A DNA stretch of 64,000 nucleotides from the NCBI GenBank assembly GCA_013265495.1, contig MU058337.1, positions 1,604,777 to 1,668,776 of the forward strand, given 5' to 3'. Position numbers and translations under genes: made by a program. Position 1 is the first letter of the stretch. Every line of letters begins with the position of its first letter. The DNA is from Vicugna vicugna. Lineage: Eukaryota. Shown one piece after another: positions 23,640 to 35,900 of the stretch. Below the pieces are notes generated by a model that saw only the letters and a list, made by a program, of their open reading frames with translations, ran no database searches and had not been told where the DNA came from.

Positions 23640-24370
23640 TTACATGACTTAATCAACTATAAGGTAAACCAATGATGTCTGAATATGAGATGGGAGTTAT
23701 TTCTGTGAAATAAAAGTGATTGCTTTGGAAAATTGCCCTAGGAGAGTAGTGGAAATTGCTGTTGAGTTAGATGTGGGAGAGAAAGTTTTAAAAAACCGAG
23801 AGAAAATGTAAAAATCTAGGATTCCACACTCAAACTATAGTTCTTGATCTATTTTTAAAGCAAATGAAACTGAAAATTATATGTAATGCTGTTATGGCCT
23901 GAGCTGTATCTCCCCTAAATTAATAATGTGAAGTCCCAACCCCTAGGACCTCAGAACACAACCACATTTGGAGACCACTTTTTAAAAGTGATTAAGTTAA
24001 AATAAGGTGGTTAAAGTGGAGCCCTAACTTAGTACGACTGGTGCCCTCAGAAGAGGAAGGAGTGTGGGGGATGCATGAACACAGAGAAAAGACCACGCCA
24101 AGAGGCAGTAAGAGGAAAGCCATCTACAAGCCACGGAGGGAAGTCGCGGAATAAACCAACCCTGCTGACCCCTTGATTGTGGACTTCAGCCTCCAGAACT
24201 GTGAGCACATACATTTCTGCTTACGCCTCCCAGCCTGTGCTGTCTTGTTATGGCAGCCTTGACAAACTCATACGGATGTGTTGGTGGGGCAATTTATGCA
24301 AAGAGACAAGACACAATTCCAACCAGAAGACCCAGGCTCCAAAGTTTGGGGAACAGATGCTTTGCATTAA
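23640..24370 (+). mobile_element. Tigger-type (Tigger13a-like) DNA transposon remnant split by MLT1
   Basis: EIAVELDVGEK HTH-like segment at ~23752; resumes after the LTR as 'tttatgcaaagagacaagacacaattccaaccagaagaccca'. Confidence 0.6.
23890..24274 (+). mobile_element. MaLR LTR (MLT1B-like), full length
   Basis: 'tgttatggcctgagctgt...ggacttcagcctccagaactgtgag...tgttatggcagccttgacaaactcatac'. Confidence 0.88.
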
Positions 24371-24866
24371 ACAAAATGTTGAAGGGACTTGGGGATGCTA
24401 TTGGTTGTAATTAGCTGCCTCATCCACTGTTTTGGTTAATGCACTAGTAATACGTTCCTTTTCTCCAGACTGGAGGGCGTCTCCTGAGCTTGATGTCACC
24501 CTTGTATTTGTTCATAAACATGTCATCAAGAGCTGTTCATCATAGCACAAGGAAAGAGCCACGAAGGATGGAATAAGCAGATATTGTTCTGGTGGCAGGC
24601 AGCTAAGAAGAGCGATAGGAGTTGGACGTGCTAGTATTTCTCCTTCCAGGCTGTGGGGTGATGAGTCACAATGGAGGAACACAAGGTGCTGCAGAGGTTC
24701 TCAGGGAGATGGGATCGTTTTAAGGCTATAGGTAAGATTTTAACTATTGGAAAGAGTCAAGAGGGTTATTTGAAGTAGAAGCGCTGTTGTGACAAAAGGC
24801 ACAGTGCTTTGAAAGGTCATAAGACATTTTTGAAATGGTCAGTGGGTCTTTTTGACTGAGGCATGA

Positions 24867-24958
24867 TGGTCAGTGGATAGTTGCGCAGTGTACCAGGCCC
24901 TCCGTGGTCCAACGTGGTGGTCAGTGGACACTTGCACGCTGTACCAGGCCCTCCTTGG
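24867..24958. repeat. Two-copy tandem duplication, 51-bp period
   Basis: tggtcagtgga...tgtaccaggccctcc.tgg at 24867 and 24918. Confidence 0.85.
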
Positions 24959-25139
24959 AATAGCTCTGCCTGTCGGTTCCAGCCCAGTTCCCACAGCTCC
25001 CTGCCTTCACCTTCCTGCTCCAGTGCCAGGAATCTAATTGTGACTGTCTTCACGTGGGATGCGCTTCATCACCTCCGTGCCTGGCTAGGCTTAAATCCTC
25101 TATGCAAACTCAGCCCAGGCATCAGCTGCTCAGGGAAAG

Positions 25140-25635
25140 TGTATTCGTTTCCTGTTGCTCCCACAACACATTATCACAAACTCCGTGGCTTAAAACAACC
25201 CAGATGTCTTCCCTTATTCTTCCGTAGGCCGGAAGTCTGACACTGTCTCGCTGCTTCCGTCAAGGTGTCTGCAAGGCTCTGTTCCTTTCCAGAGGCTCTG
25301 GGGAGAACCTGCTTCTCGCCTTTTCCAGTTTCTAGAGGCCCTCACACTCCTTGGCCCCAGCCTCCTCCCTCCACCCTCAGCAGCAGTGGCAGGTTGGGTC
25401 TCTCCCACATCAGGCACTCTGACCTCCTCCTCTAACTCCCCCTTTTACTTTCAAGGAACCCTAAGACCCCCTGAGATCTGCCCACACACTCCAGGCTGCT
25501 CTGCTCACCTCCAGGTCAGCTGATTAGCAAGCAGTCTGCAGCCTGAATTCCCCTTTGCCATGGAACCTAATATATTCATAGTTTAGGGGAATCAGGTCAT
25601 GAACATCTTAGCAGGGCCGTATTCCATCCACCACA
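25140..25635 (-). mobile_element. MaLR LTR (MLT1D-like)
   Basis: 'tgtattcgtttcctgttgct...tggcttaaaacaac...ttttccagtttctagaggcc...ccctttgccatggaacctaa...ccaccaca'. Confidence 0.85.
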
Positions 25636-25779
25636 GACGCCTCCCTCACTTTTTCTATCAATGCCAGGTAGGGATTTTGTTCTCAGAATATCTTATGTAC
25701 AGTATAACCTATGTTTCACATTTAGTATTAATTAAAAAACTTTAGGGGGTCATTTAAAATGCTTACTATCTAATGATCA

Positions 25780-25900
25780 GTTTATTTATCATATCTTCCA
25801 CTGCACACTGAGCTTTTTGAGGGAAGATGCTGTCTCTTTGATCTTACAGTTGTTTTTGTGTCTTTAGTGTGTGGCGCATAGTGGTTACATAATAAATGTG
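25780..25900 (+). mobile_element. L2 3' end
   Basis: 'ctgagctttttgagggaag...tggcgcatagtggttacataataaatg'. Confidence 0.6.
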
Positions 25901-27289
25901 GGGGAGAGGAGATAAAGGCTGGAGGAGTTAAATGCCTTAAGAAAGATATGGAATTTATTAAATGATGAAAATGTCTCTCAAATTCCTTACTTGCCAAATG
26001 TTGAGAAAGGAGATGGCCGAGTCGGTATTCAAGGGAGACTCTTTTATGTCTTCCGGGTGGGGGAATCCTAAAAGTACTGGACTGAGTTGGCTGATGTGAA
26101 AAAGAGTAGACTCGTGAGTGTTACGTCGTCAGTGGTTCACCTTTTCACCCTTTCTTTTTTCTCTTGGCAAGAGAGGTATGAGGAAGCAGAGAGGGAAATA
26201 CCCTGGTCTTATGAAGAGGCTGAATTCAGCTGAGCTACACAAGGGATTCTCGGGCGAGCCAGCCAGCACAGGTGTTCAGGTGCACAAAACACTCCTGAGT
26301 CAACATTCTGGCATCATGAGAGCAGCTGGGGTGAAATGAAAAGAGGCAGCGTTGCTTTGTGTCCACACTCTGTTCCCATCTCCTTGCTGCCTTCTCACCG
26401 TCTACCACGCAGGGCTGCTCCGGACCTGTTCCCAAAGACCTGTGCCTGAGTGCTGCTCCCTCAATTGGAGGTTGATCCAGTTATGTGACTAAAATAACCC
26501 TCAGGAAGGTGCAAAAGGGGCTGTCATTTCATGTACCGATTTTTAAATTATTCTCAGTCCCCCAACTCTCTGGGGCTCTACGAATCACCCCCTTCCCTCT
26601 GCAGCCAGCCTGGGTGTCCCTGCGCAGAACTTCCTCCTGCTCCAGCCCGATTGATTATCTGAATATTAGCCCTGAATAATTGAAACTCAGACCCTCCCAA
26701 ATTTTCAAAAATGACCCTCAGATCTGAGTGTTCAAACTGGTTCTTTAGTTTAGTGGTTCTTTACCTGTTCCTCCTTTGCTCTGTTCTGAGGCGTCTTGCT
26801 AAGTTGCCTCCCTCCCTCCCCTTTTTGGGTGATCGCACGTGTCTCATGCGGACTAGCAGCTGTCTTCCGAGCACCATCCCTGTGTCCAGGGGTTGTGTAC
26901 TCACTGCTTCTACCTCAAGATTCCTACAAATAAATTTCGTCCTGCCAATTTTATAGCTCAGGAGACTTCCCCAAGGGTGGCTGCATAGTCAGCAAGCAGC
27001 TGACACACGATGTGTTACTCTGACCCCAGATCTGGTCCGACTTTGCTGCTCCTTGCCAGGCGTGTGGAGAGAGGCGGTGGGGGGGAGGTGGTCGGAAGGC
27101 TGATGGTGCGAAGAGAGAGGATGTGATTCAGAGAGGCAAACAGCACGTGAAAGAGCTGCTGTGATTCTTTGAAATGATAGCTTGGGTGGCTCCCATTAGA
27201 GATGTGTTGGAGGCATCCTTTGAAGGTGACATCTGAGAGGGATGTTGTTGGACTTTTCAGAATTTCTTCTCCCCGTCATCCATTGTGAA

Positions 27290-27808
27290 CGATGGAAAAA
27301 ATGAATATATTTAGAATAAGCCAGCTGGACTCTGTCGATGAGGCTGACGTGGGTGGCAGAGCACAGAGCATGCCCTCATGGCGAGCCCCAGGGCAGCCTT
27401 CCTTCCTCCAGGTCCTGAGGCCGCGTGGCCTTGGAGCGTCTCCGGCGCTGAGCTTTTTGAGCTGGTTTGATCTGGTGCTGGTTAGCCCTGAAGCCCTCAC
27501 CCTCCGCAGAGACCACTAAGGTGTTGCCCTCAGTCTTTTCCAGCCTTGTCTTCATGGCTGGGAAACTGGATGAGGCTGTAGTGGTGGAAACTGTTTCTCC
27601 ATGGAGGGCTTTTCCAACTTCCTGCTGTGGTCCTAGGGTCTGGTGCCAAGGGAAAGCGGGTGACTATGGACTTCTCTGGCTGCAAATGCCTTTCAGCACC
27701 GGCTTCTTGACCTTCAAAGACGGCTTTGGCTTTGATTTTGCAGAGGAGGGGTGCGGTGCCAGGGGTTTCCTTTTTTTGCTTTCAACACCGTCTTCATAAA
27801 AAAGATCT
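27290..27808 (-). pseudogene. RPL23A: Processed pseudogene of 60S ribosomal protein L23a
   Basis: Minus translation LKVKKPVLKGICSQ (cf. LKAKKAVLKGVHSH), SPAFPWHQTL (SPTFRRPKTL), EGNTLVV...RANQHQIK (DNNTLVF...KANKHQIK); start decayed to ACG at 27791; 3' UTR-like 'gagtccagctggcttattctaaatatat'; intronless, with stops and frameshifts. Confidence 0.92.
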
Positions 27809-27874
27809 CTCGGTCCCAGATGTGTTACATCTTTTAGGATCAGTTGCCCCAAACACAGTCGACAGAAATGAAGT

Positions 27875-27923
27875 AAATAAAAGGTTGCCATCACTTTTTA
27901 TGAGTGATGGCAACCTTTTATTT
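27875..27923. repeat. Perfect 21-bp inverted repeat with 7-nt loop
   Basis: aaataaaaggttgccatcact-ttttatg-agtgatggcaaccttttattt. Confidence 0.95.
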
Positions 27924-28909
27924 CTGAAGCAGATGTTCTGAAGCAGAACAAATTCTTAAGAAAAAAAATACAAACTTTCAACCTGTAGCAACCTGGGAAC
28001 CCAGCAAAAAAGCAAATTGTTTACAAGAAGAGCCATTTAATACAACTTGTCCCTGAATTTACCCTTCCTGCAGGAGACCCACTGGGTCGCTAATTGCGAG
28101 AGAGTTAGGGACGCACACTAGATTGATTGGCATCTAATTCCTGGGAAGATGATAAAAACGGCTTATCAATAAATTTCTACAAAGTCAGAGAAGCAAATGA
28201 AATGCAGATCTGACCAATTAGCCATGGGATTAGCACACAGTGGGGTAACTTCAGGCATTTAGTTTTTCCTCTTGCCTAAATAAAAATCCTACCGGGAGTG
28301 ACTGCTGCGTTAGCCTCTGCAGGGTGGAATCAAAAGAGAAATGCAGAGACATTACAGAATTCACAGGCTTTGCTTTCAAAGCAGCAGTTTGAAAAATAAA
28401 TTTGTGTGTTAAACATTGAGAGGAAGTTTAATACCTACTTGTTAAAAACCTTTGAAGAGAGAAAATGGGATACTTTGTTCTGGAATAGATCACTTGCTTG
28501 AATTTGACATTACTTTTATCACATTTCCTTTGAAAGATGTTTCTGACTTAACACTTGACCTCTTTAAAAAGATAAAAGTCCTATATCCTATTGACAAAAA
28601 TGTGTGTTTGTGTAAATGAAATGCATTCTGTAGTCACAAAAATACACTTCAACGGCTTTGAGACTAGAAGGTTTAAAACAAATTTCAAAAATACAAGCTT
28701 GAAACTCTGCATTTGTTAAACGTGCTTCCAAGTAGATCATGTAGATATGGTAGACATGCAGTGTCCAATGTCTTTACACAATAAAGTTGTACTGTGATTT
28801 CTTTGCCTTGAATTTTTCGCAATTGCACATAAACCATGTTAAATGGATGTTCATGTTTCATGTGTTTGGGGCAAGGAACAGTGAACAAAATCAGCATGTT
28901 TCTATCAAT

Positions 28910-29070
28910 TTTTTTTCTTACTGCTTTTTTTTTTAATGGGGGGAGGTAATGAGGTATTTATTTATTTATTTATTCATTCATTCATTCATTTAGATGGAGG
29001 TACTGGAGATTGAACCCAGGACCTTGTGCATGCTAAGCATGTGCTCTACCACTGAGCTATATCCTCCCCC
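28910..29070 (-). mobile_element. vic-1-type SINE, long form
   Basis: Body 'atggaggtactggagattgaacccaggacc...', (TTTA/TTCA)n linker, 'gggggaggtaatgagg' tail. Confidence 0.9.
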
Positions 29071-29523
29071 CATCATGTTTTTTAATTTGAATGAAACATC
29101 AGAGTTGTTCTATTCTAATGAAACATCCAGGAAGATATATTTTTGAAACGTTACTGAGTGCACAGCACAACAATTGCAGACCAACAATCATCTGCCTTTT
29201 GTAGAAAAAGCTACATAAAAATTTTATTAAGTAAAATGAAAGTTTAACTGATAAATATGTGTAAGTACATACATATGTATTCATATATATGACCTCTACA
29301 TATATAGATGCTTGTTTCTTCTCCACGTGCTCCTGATATAAACTGGCCTGCAGTGTGGTACCAGGTCTCAAGAGGCGTGAAGACCTCCCAAGTGATGCCT
29401 TCAAACGAGGCTGAAAGGCTGGGAACCTTTCGGAGCCTTTATTTGACCTGCGGCAACGTGGCCTTTCTCAGACTTGGGGAATCATCATATGTGTTTAATC
29501 GTGCCTCTACCCTATATTCTAAA

Positions 29524-29700
29524 ACAGAGGTTCTCCAACTTGAATGAGGAACCAGAATCACCAGGAGGGCCTGCTGGGCCCCAGCCTAGAGTTTCTGATT
29601 CAGTAAACAGAGATGGGGCCAGATATTTGGTGTTTCTAGTAAGTTTCCAGCTAAAATACAGATGCAGCTGTTCCTGGGACCACACTGGGAGAACCACTCT
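29524..29700 (+). mobile_element. MER5A (hAT-Charlie MITE); MER5-like remnants probably flank it (~29350-29430, ~29715-29870)
   Basis: 'cagaggttctccaacttga...cagaatcaccaggagggc...agagtttctgattcagta...gggaccacactgggagaaccact'. Confidence 0.85.
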
Positions 29701-29937
29701 CTGACGTGGAGCTAATCACAGAATCACCCGGGGCCTCTGTGACAAACACTACCCAAGTGAATCCTCCTCCTCCGCTGGGGGGGATTTTGACTCAAGAAGT
29801 GGGCACATTTGCATTTTCAGCTGGCACCTCTAGCTGTCTGCCACTGGTTGGTTTAGGAAATTCTGCAGTGGTGTGATCGTATCTACGTAGTTGACAGACA
29901 TATGGTGGCCTGCGTGCTCTGAACTCCAACGCAGTGA

Positions 29938-30260
29938 TGTAATGGACTGAAGTCCGTGTTCCCCTAAAATTCACACACTGAAGCCCCATCCCCTCTTGTG
30001 ATGATACTAGGAGTGGGGGCCTTTGGCGGATGATTCAGGTTAGATGACTTGACAAGGGTGGACCGCTCGATGGGATTAGTGCCCTTATCAGGGTCTCTTT
30101 GCCTTGTGAGAGCAGAGCAAGGAGTGGGCAGCCTGCAGCCCACAAGAGGGTCCTCACCAGAACCCACCTGCGCCAGCACCCTAATCTGGGACGTGCAGCC
30201 CCCAGAACTACGAGAAATGACCTGTGGCATTGAGTTATGACAGCCTGAGCTGGGCAAGCA
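29938..30260 (+). mobile_element. MaLR LTR (MLT1A/A0-like)
   Basis: 'tgtaatggactgaa...gatgggattagtgcccttat...cctcaccagaaccc...cagcccccagaact'. Confidence 0.85.
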
Positions 30261-31065
30261 GCTGTCGAAGGGAAGGGGAGACTCGTGTTCTCTTTCTACT
30301 GTCTTTCTGGTCCAAGGCGTATATTCCTGTGAGAACTCCCTCGGGTATCAGCGTTAAGTGAGTGGTGAGGTTGACGGTCAGATGCACATGAGCTGCCAAT
30401 GAGAGCCTCCTCCCTGGAGGCTGGGGCCTGTGCCTGTTCTCCTCATTACCCCCCGCTTCCGGAGGGCTACCACGAGCTTGCCACACACCAGCGGGCTCCG
30501 GTGTTTATGCACGCTGCCTAATGTCATGCCTTGTCTTTGCAAAACACATTTTATTACCACCTGCATATACGTTAGTTTAGCCAGCCCTTGGATTCAGGAT
30601 TTCACGTTACCTTCACTCTACACAGGCGTGAAGGAGGCTAGGACATCAGTTCCTGGTGGCCAAGGGACAGTTCCCCACCCACCGGTCCAGGTCTTGTTTA
30701 TATCCAGTCCAGTGGCTCTTCCTCTGCCTCACAGCAAGTGTCCAAGGTCTGTGTTCTAAGCTCTGAGGAGTATCTCTTTTTGTAACACTGAGCTGTACAG
30801 TGTTTTATATACAAATATATAATTGGGAGGACTTAGGGTCTTAAAAAAATACGAATGTTTCATACACTGTTATCCATTTAGTATACTCAGTTGTTCGTTT
30901 TTTTTCAAAAGAGTTCATATAAAGAAAAATGTGGAAATAGAATATAAGATTCAGAATTTTACTGATATTCTTTTACCAATGTTTTATCAATATTTTATCA
31001 GTATGTTATCAACTGTACCAATATTATCTCTGAGGCTGATTTACATTTAGGGTTTTTTAAACTAG

Positions 31066-31136
31066 TTTTTAAAAATTAAAGTACAGTTAATTTACAATGT
31101 TGTGTTAGTTTCAGGTGTACAGCCAAGCAACTCAGA
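31066..31136 (-). mobile_element. Very short L1 3' tail
   Basis: 'aagtacagttaatttacaatgttgtgttagtttcaggtgtacagc'. Confidence 0.7.
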
Positions 31137-31329
31137 CACTCAGGTTTTTAAAAAGTATTCTATTTTAAGGAATTAAGAGCTAATAATGTAGATGTTACTT
31201 TGATACGATAAAAATTGTATAAATGTGAAAGTTTGGGGAGTCCTTTTTTTGAGAAAGAGTAATATTTTATTTCAATGATATAGTTTTAAAATATTATTTA
31301 GAGTGGTGGATTGTCAAATAATTTATGTT

Positions 31330-31389
31330 TGCAATCACCAATTATTTACAGAGGAATATCCAGACTTCTCAATATTGCCTTGAATTTTG

Positions 31390-31420
<31 letters not shown>

Positions 31421-31495
31421 AATGTCCCTTTCAGTTCTAACGGTTGCGTTACAAGGAGCTTTATGAAATGGCCATGATTCATGACAAATCTTTTT
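31330..31495 (+). mobile_element. hAT (Charlie-like) transposase C-terminal dimerisation-domain fossil with a (TG)n insertion
   Basis: Frameshifted EEYPD/LNIALNF...PFSSNGCVTRSFM/MAMIHDK resembles EEYP.L..IAL....PF.STY.CE..FS.M..IK.K. Confidence 0.5.
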
Positions 31496-32330
31496 ATAAA
31501 AAGATTTCAATGAAAAGCAGTAATTTTTTTTAAAGCAAAGAATTTTCTTTTTTATAATCAAGACAATATATTCTTTTAAAGTGGTATTTCTTGACATTTA
31601 TAGTGTTGGTGACAAGGTCATAATTTCCATTATAATGAGATGGCTTTTAATAATGCATAACCCCTAATGCAGAAAGCAGTGCAACTTCCCACAAGCCGTG
31701 TCACAGTGAGTATTTCCTAACAAGTCTGGAAAACTCCAAGCAGGCCACATTTGACGTGGCGGTTTCAGTGGCCTTTAGTCCTTCAGGGTGCCCTCATCCG
31801 AGCCTCTTCAAGCTGTGTTTGCTCAGACCAGGATGCTTTGAGCCAAGAATACTGGATTTTTTTTTTTTTTGCTTTTATTTCAGGGAATGGTTAACAGTGA
31901 ATAAAGGAATAAAAGCTCTTGGCGCCTCCTCCTGAGTTTTTCATGGTCATGGCTGAGAATGAGCAGGTAGTGATAGGACTGGATTTTGATTTTGGAAACA
32001 TTTTGGATTTCTTTCTAGTTTTCAGAGTAATGTTACATGCAGAAGTATTGCCGGAGCTAGAAAGGGAGAAAGATTTCATCGTGTGTGTGTGTGTGTGTGT
32101 GTTATGTTCTGGTTAGAAAATAATGCATACAATTAGCAAAATATGTATAATCAAGACAAAGTTTACAAGGAAATGAAGAGGAACCACTCTTTCCTGATTG
32201 TTTGGGGGTCTCTGTGCTATCTCACTGGCAGTACCTTCTGTAGACGTCACTGCCTCTGCCTTCCCACCTCGCAGTGTAGCCTGAGGAGTGCATTATATCT
32301 TGTTTAAATATTGTTTAAAACTGGGGTTTT

Positions 32331-32921
32331 CCAATGTTCTTAGCAACACTATTTACAATTGCCAAGACATGGAAACAACCTAAATGTCCATCATCAGACG
32401 ATTGAATAAAGAAGATATGGTGTGTATACACACACACACACACACACACAGTAGAATACAACTCAGCCTTAAAAAAGAATAAAATAATGCTGTTTATAGC
32501 AACATGGATGGACCTGGAGATCATCATTCTAAGAGAAGTAAGCCAGAAATAGAAAGAAAAATACCATATGATATCACTTATATGTGGAATCTAAAAAAAA
32601 GACACAAGTGAACTTATTTACAAAACAGAAATTGACTCACCAACAAAGAAAACAAATACATGGTTACCTGAGGGGTGGGGGGAAGGGAGTAGAAAGGGAT
32701 AAATTGGGAATTAGGGGTTTGCAGATGCTACTATATATAAAATAGATAAACAAGTTTCTACTGAAGAGCACAGGGAACTATATTCAGTATCTTGTAGTAA
32801 CCTATAATGGAAAGGAATATGAAAAGGAATATATGTATGGACAAGGATGACTGAAACATGATGCTGTGCACCAGAAATTGACCCAACATTGTAAACTTAC
32901 TATACTTCAGTTCAAAAAAAA
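32331..32921 (+). mobile_element. 5'-truncated lineage-specific L1 with internal (CA)n
   Basis: 'gccaagacatggaaacaacctaaatgtccatc...caacattgtaaacttactatacttcagttc' plus A tail. Confidence 0.93.
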
Positions 32922-35900
32922 GGGAGAGGTTTTAATATTCAGCAGGTAGGAAAAGTAATGCCTTTTAAACTCACTGCTGAGCTTGTATGGGTAGAGTGCA
33001 TGAGATAATATTAACCCATGTTACACAGAAGCATGAGGTGTAGAAAGTGTGACTTGGAGAGCCCAAGTGCATTGTCAACCCACATTTATTAAATAACCAA
33101 GAAAACAAATCAGTGTACCAGAATAATCAATACATATTATTTGTAAAAGTTGTGACTGATCAGCCATATTGTGGATAAGCACCTCCCATGACGCTGAAAG
33201 AAGGCACATATTCGTCCCAAGATGACTAGGGCAGTCGAAGCCGGCCAGCTGGCCACTTACGTCTTCCTGAGTCGCTGTAACAGAAGTGATTATGGTGCCA
33301 TATGATCTTCATCACTGCACCACTCCTCTCTTCCAGCTCTGGCAGATTTGGATTGCACCGTAAATTTTGCGAAATTACTCTTGTCTCTCCCACCTGTAGT
33401 TTTACTTTCATGTTTGTTGGCTTTAAAAATGAAACATGGGAAGGAAACTATGGTGCCAAGTGTCTGCCTCAATTTGTCAGAGTCTACGTCCTCAGTTAAT
33501 TGCTGATGTTGTACAGTCAGTAATGCGTAGTCCCAGGGAGTAACGCACATCGGAATGCAAAATTCTTTTGCGTGTGTGTTTCCTTATGGGTTTGTTAAAT
33601 ATTTCCAGTCCATCCCACTGGATGCTATTTAGTGAGGTCTTTCATATTTGTAGAATGCTCATGGCATTAAGGCATAAGATACTCTTTTTTCAGTCATCAC
33701 CTTTGTGTATATTTCATTGACTATCTAGCTTAACCCTTGAAGCTATTTCTTTGTGCTTTTCATTGACTTGGTTTTCTTCCTAGTGGTGGGGGGTCACCAT
33801 TTCCTTACCAAAGATGGCGGATGGGGTCTGTCTTGTAGCTGCCTTCACCTCCCCTTCTGGATGGGTTTGGTTTTGCATGGCTGCCCTGTGGCTTTGCTGA
33901 CAGCAGTGATGGTTAACTCAAAGTCACCCAGCTGCTGACTCTCTTTTGATGTTCCCTGCTTCACGTGGTGACCACCCTTCTTATTTCTGTTTTGAGAAAT
34001 TAAGCAAGAGCTGCCATGAAAGCATCATTATCTAATGCAATTTATATTTGGGGTATTGTCGTCTTGGGGGTATTCCTATCTGGAAATAACCTCAAGTCTT
34101 CTTAATTAAATTAGCCTCAGACTTCCAGGGAATAACCAAAAGGTCATGATTATCATTGCAATCATAAAAACCTGTGTAGAAGAACAAGCAAGTCAATTAC
34201 CTTATTTGGGGTTTAAATTCATTGAATTCACACATTGCTCTGGATAGTGATATAAAAGCAAAGCAGGATTTGTTCTTCACATTCTGTGAATTTATGGCCT
34301 TATGATCTGGATGGAATATATTGTTAAAGAAAATTGGTCTGCAGACTGAAAGCAATTGGTTGACATTGGTTTCAGTGTCTCTGACCTTAGACTGACTTTA
34401 TTTACTCAGTTACTCTCTCCGTTAAACATACTTACAAATCTCTTACAGGGATATTACACTTTTCTGGAAGAATTCATCTTTCAGATCCCTCAGCAACTTG
34501 GAAGTTTGGTTATGCAAGTGTTTGCTTTTATCACGACAGTGGCTTACGCACTCACATGAAGAACAAACGTCAGTATAAATTTAAGTACTCCTTCTAGATA
34601 TTCTGGGGATAAAAGTCTCTATTTCAAAACTTTAGAGCAGAAAAAGCATTCGCAATGTCTGATAGTTGGCAGTTTGAAACTCACATTGTAAAATCCATTC
34701 TGAAAAGCCGTCTCGGCAGAGTGGCGTCTGGCTGTCCGTCGGCTGAGAGCAGACAAGTCCTCCTCTCTCGTCCTCACCATAAGGTGACTCTGCTCATAAT
34801 TTTCCTCAAGTTGGTTTATGTGGTGCATCTGTCCCTTCTAAGCCCAGGCAGGGATAGTCGTGGGTGGAGGTGAGTTAGTCAAGGTCTGGACAAGAGAACA
34901 CGGACAAGGAAAATCTTCGCTGTCATCTGGCCCCCAAATTTCACGTGTTCTTCGGCTGCTTGGCACAGTTGTACAGGCCGTCCCCATCTGCAGCTGGGAT
35001 GCTAATCTCAACTCATTTCCTGGTACCGGACATGGGTACCTACACGTGAAGTTTACTCACAAGCAGAATTTCAACTATGCACGTCTGTCTGAGTTATAAA
35101 ACACCAAGGGCCCTGAACGTGTTTCTGCAGAGTTGGAGTCTATTATTTCTATTTGCACTACCTTCAAATTAAAGATATGCTGGGGAGCCCTTGCGAATAA
35201 TCCCACGCCTTGTGACTACACGGAACGATTTCTGTGGTGGTCCTCAATCTTTGGGTAATACTTTCCTGGTGCTCAGAAGTTGGTCTCTATGGAGACCAGA
35301 TCTAGGAATGGTTTACCTTAGCATGATACATTTATAGAGCCAGATTTTTCCCCCAGCTAAATGCATAGCTATTTCATAAAGCCAGCAATGGAAATGTTCT
35401 GTGTTGCTGAAAGAGTATTTCCAGCTAGGCACATATATTATAATTGTGAGAATGACTAATCTTGTACCATCAATATTTTTGCCACACAGCAGCATCAAAA
35501 GGACTTGTCAGTTCAGTGGGGAAAATCATCCCATTAGCAACTGGGTTAAGACAGGGAAAGAAACAGTGTCATTGGCTTGCCCAAGGGCAGCAGGTGTTCA
35601 TGAATAGAACTTGAACCCACAATCATTATTCCAAGACATCTTGCCATAAAGAGTCTAGTTCACTTCTTAAATATTCCATTGAAACAACTGAATGTAAAAA
35701 CATTTATTTTATATAAAGGGAAACAAAGAAAATAAATTTTTCAGATGGCTCTACTCATATGGAAAACCAATTTCTGGCCTTGAATCTAAGAATGACACAT
35801 CTTAGTATTAAGAAAAGAACAGGGATTATAGAAAGCTCATTGACTTGGGTCTCCAAGGGACACTGAAATAATAAAAGAGGACTGATTTTTATGATTTGGC

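Noticed and set aside
27664..27894. 76-aa Lys-rich ORF as a functional gene or exon
   Set aside because: It is a frame fragment of the disrupted RPL23A retrocopy
27875..27923. MADE1 MITE or bacterial-type terminator
   Set aside because: Only the core resembles MADE1, the mariner termini are missing and MADE1 is primate-associated; terminators are not relevant in this context
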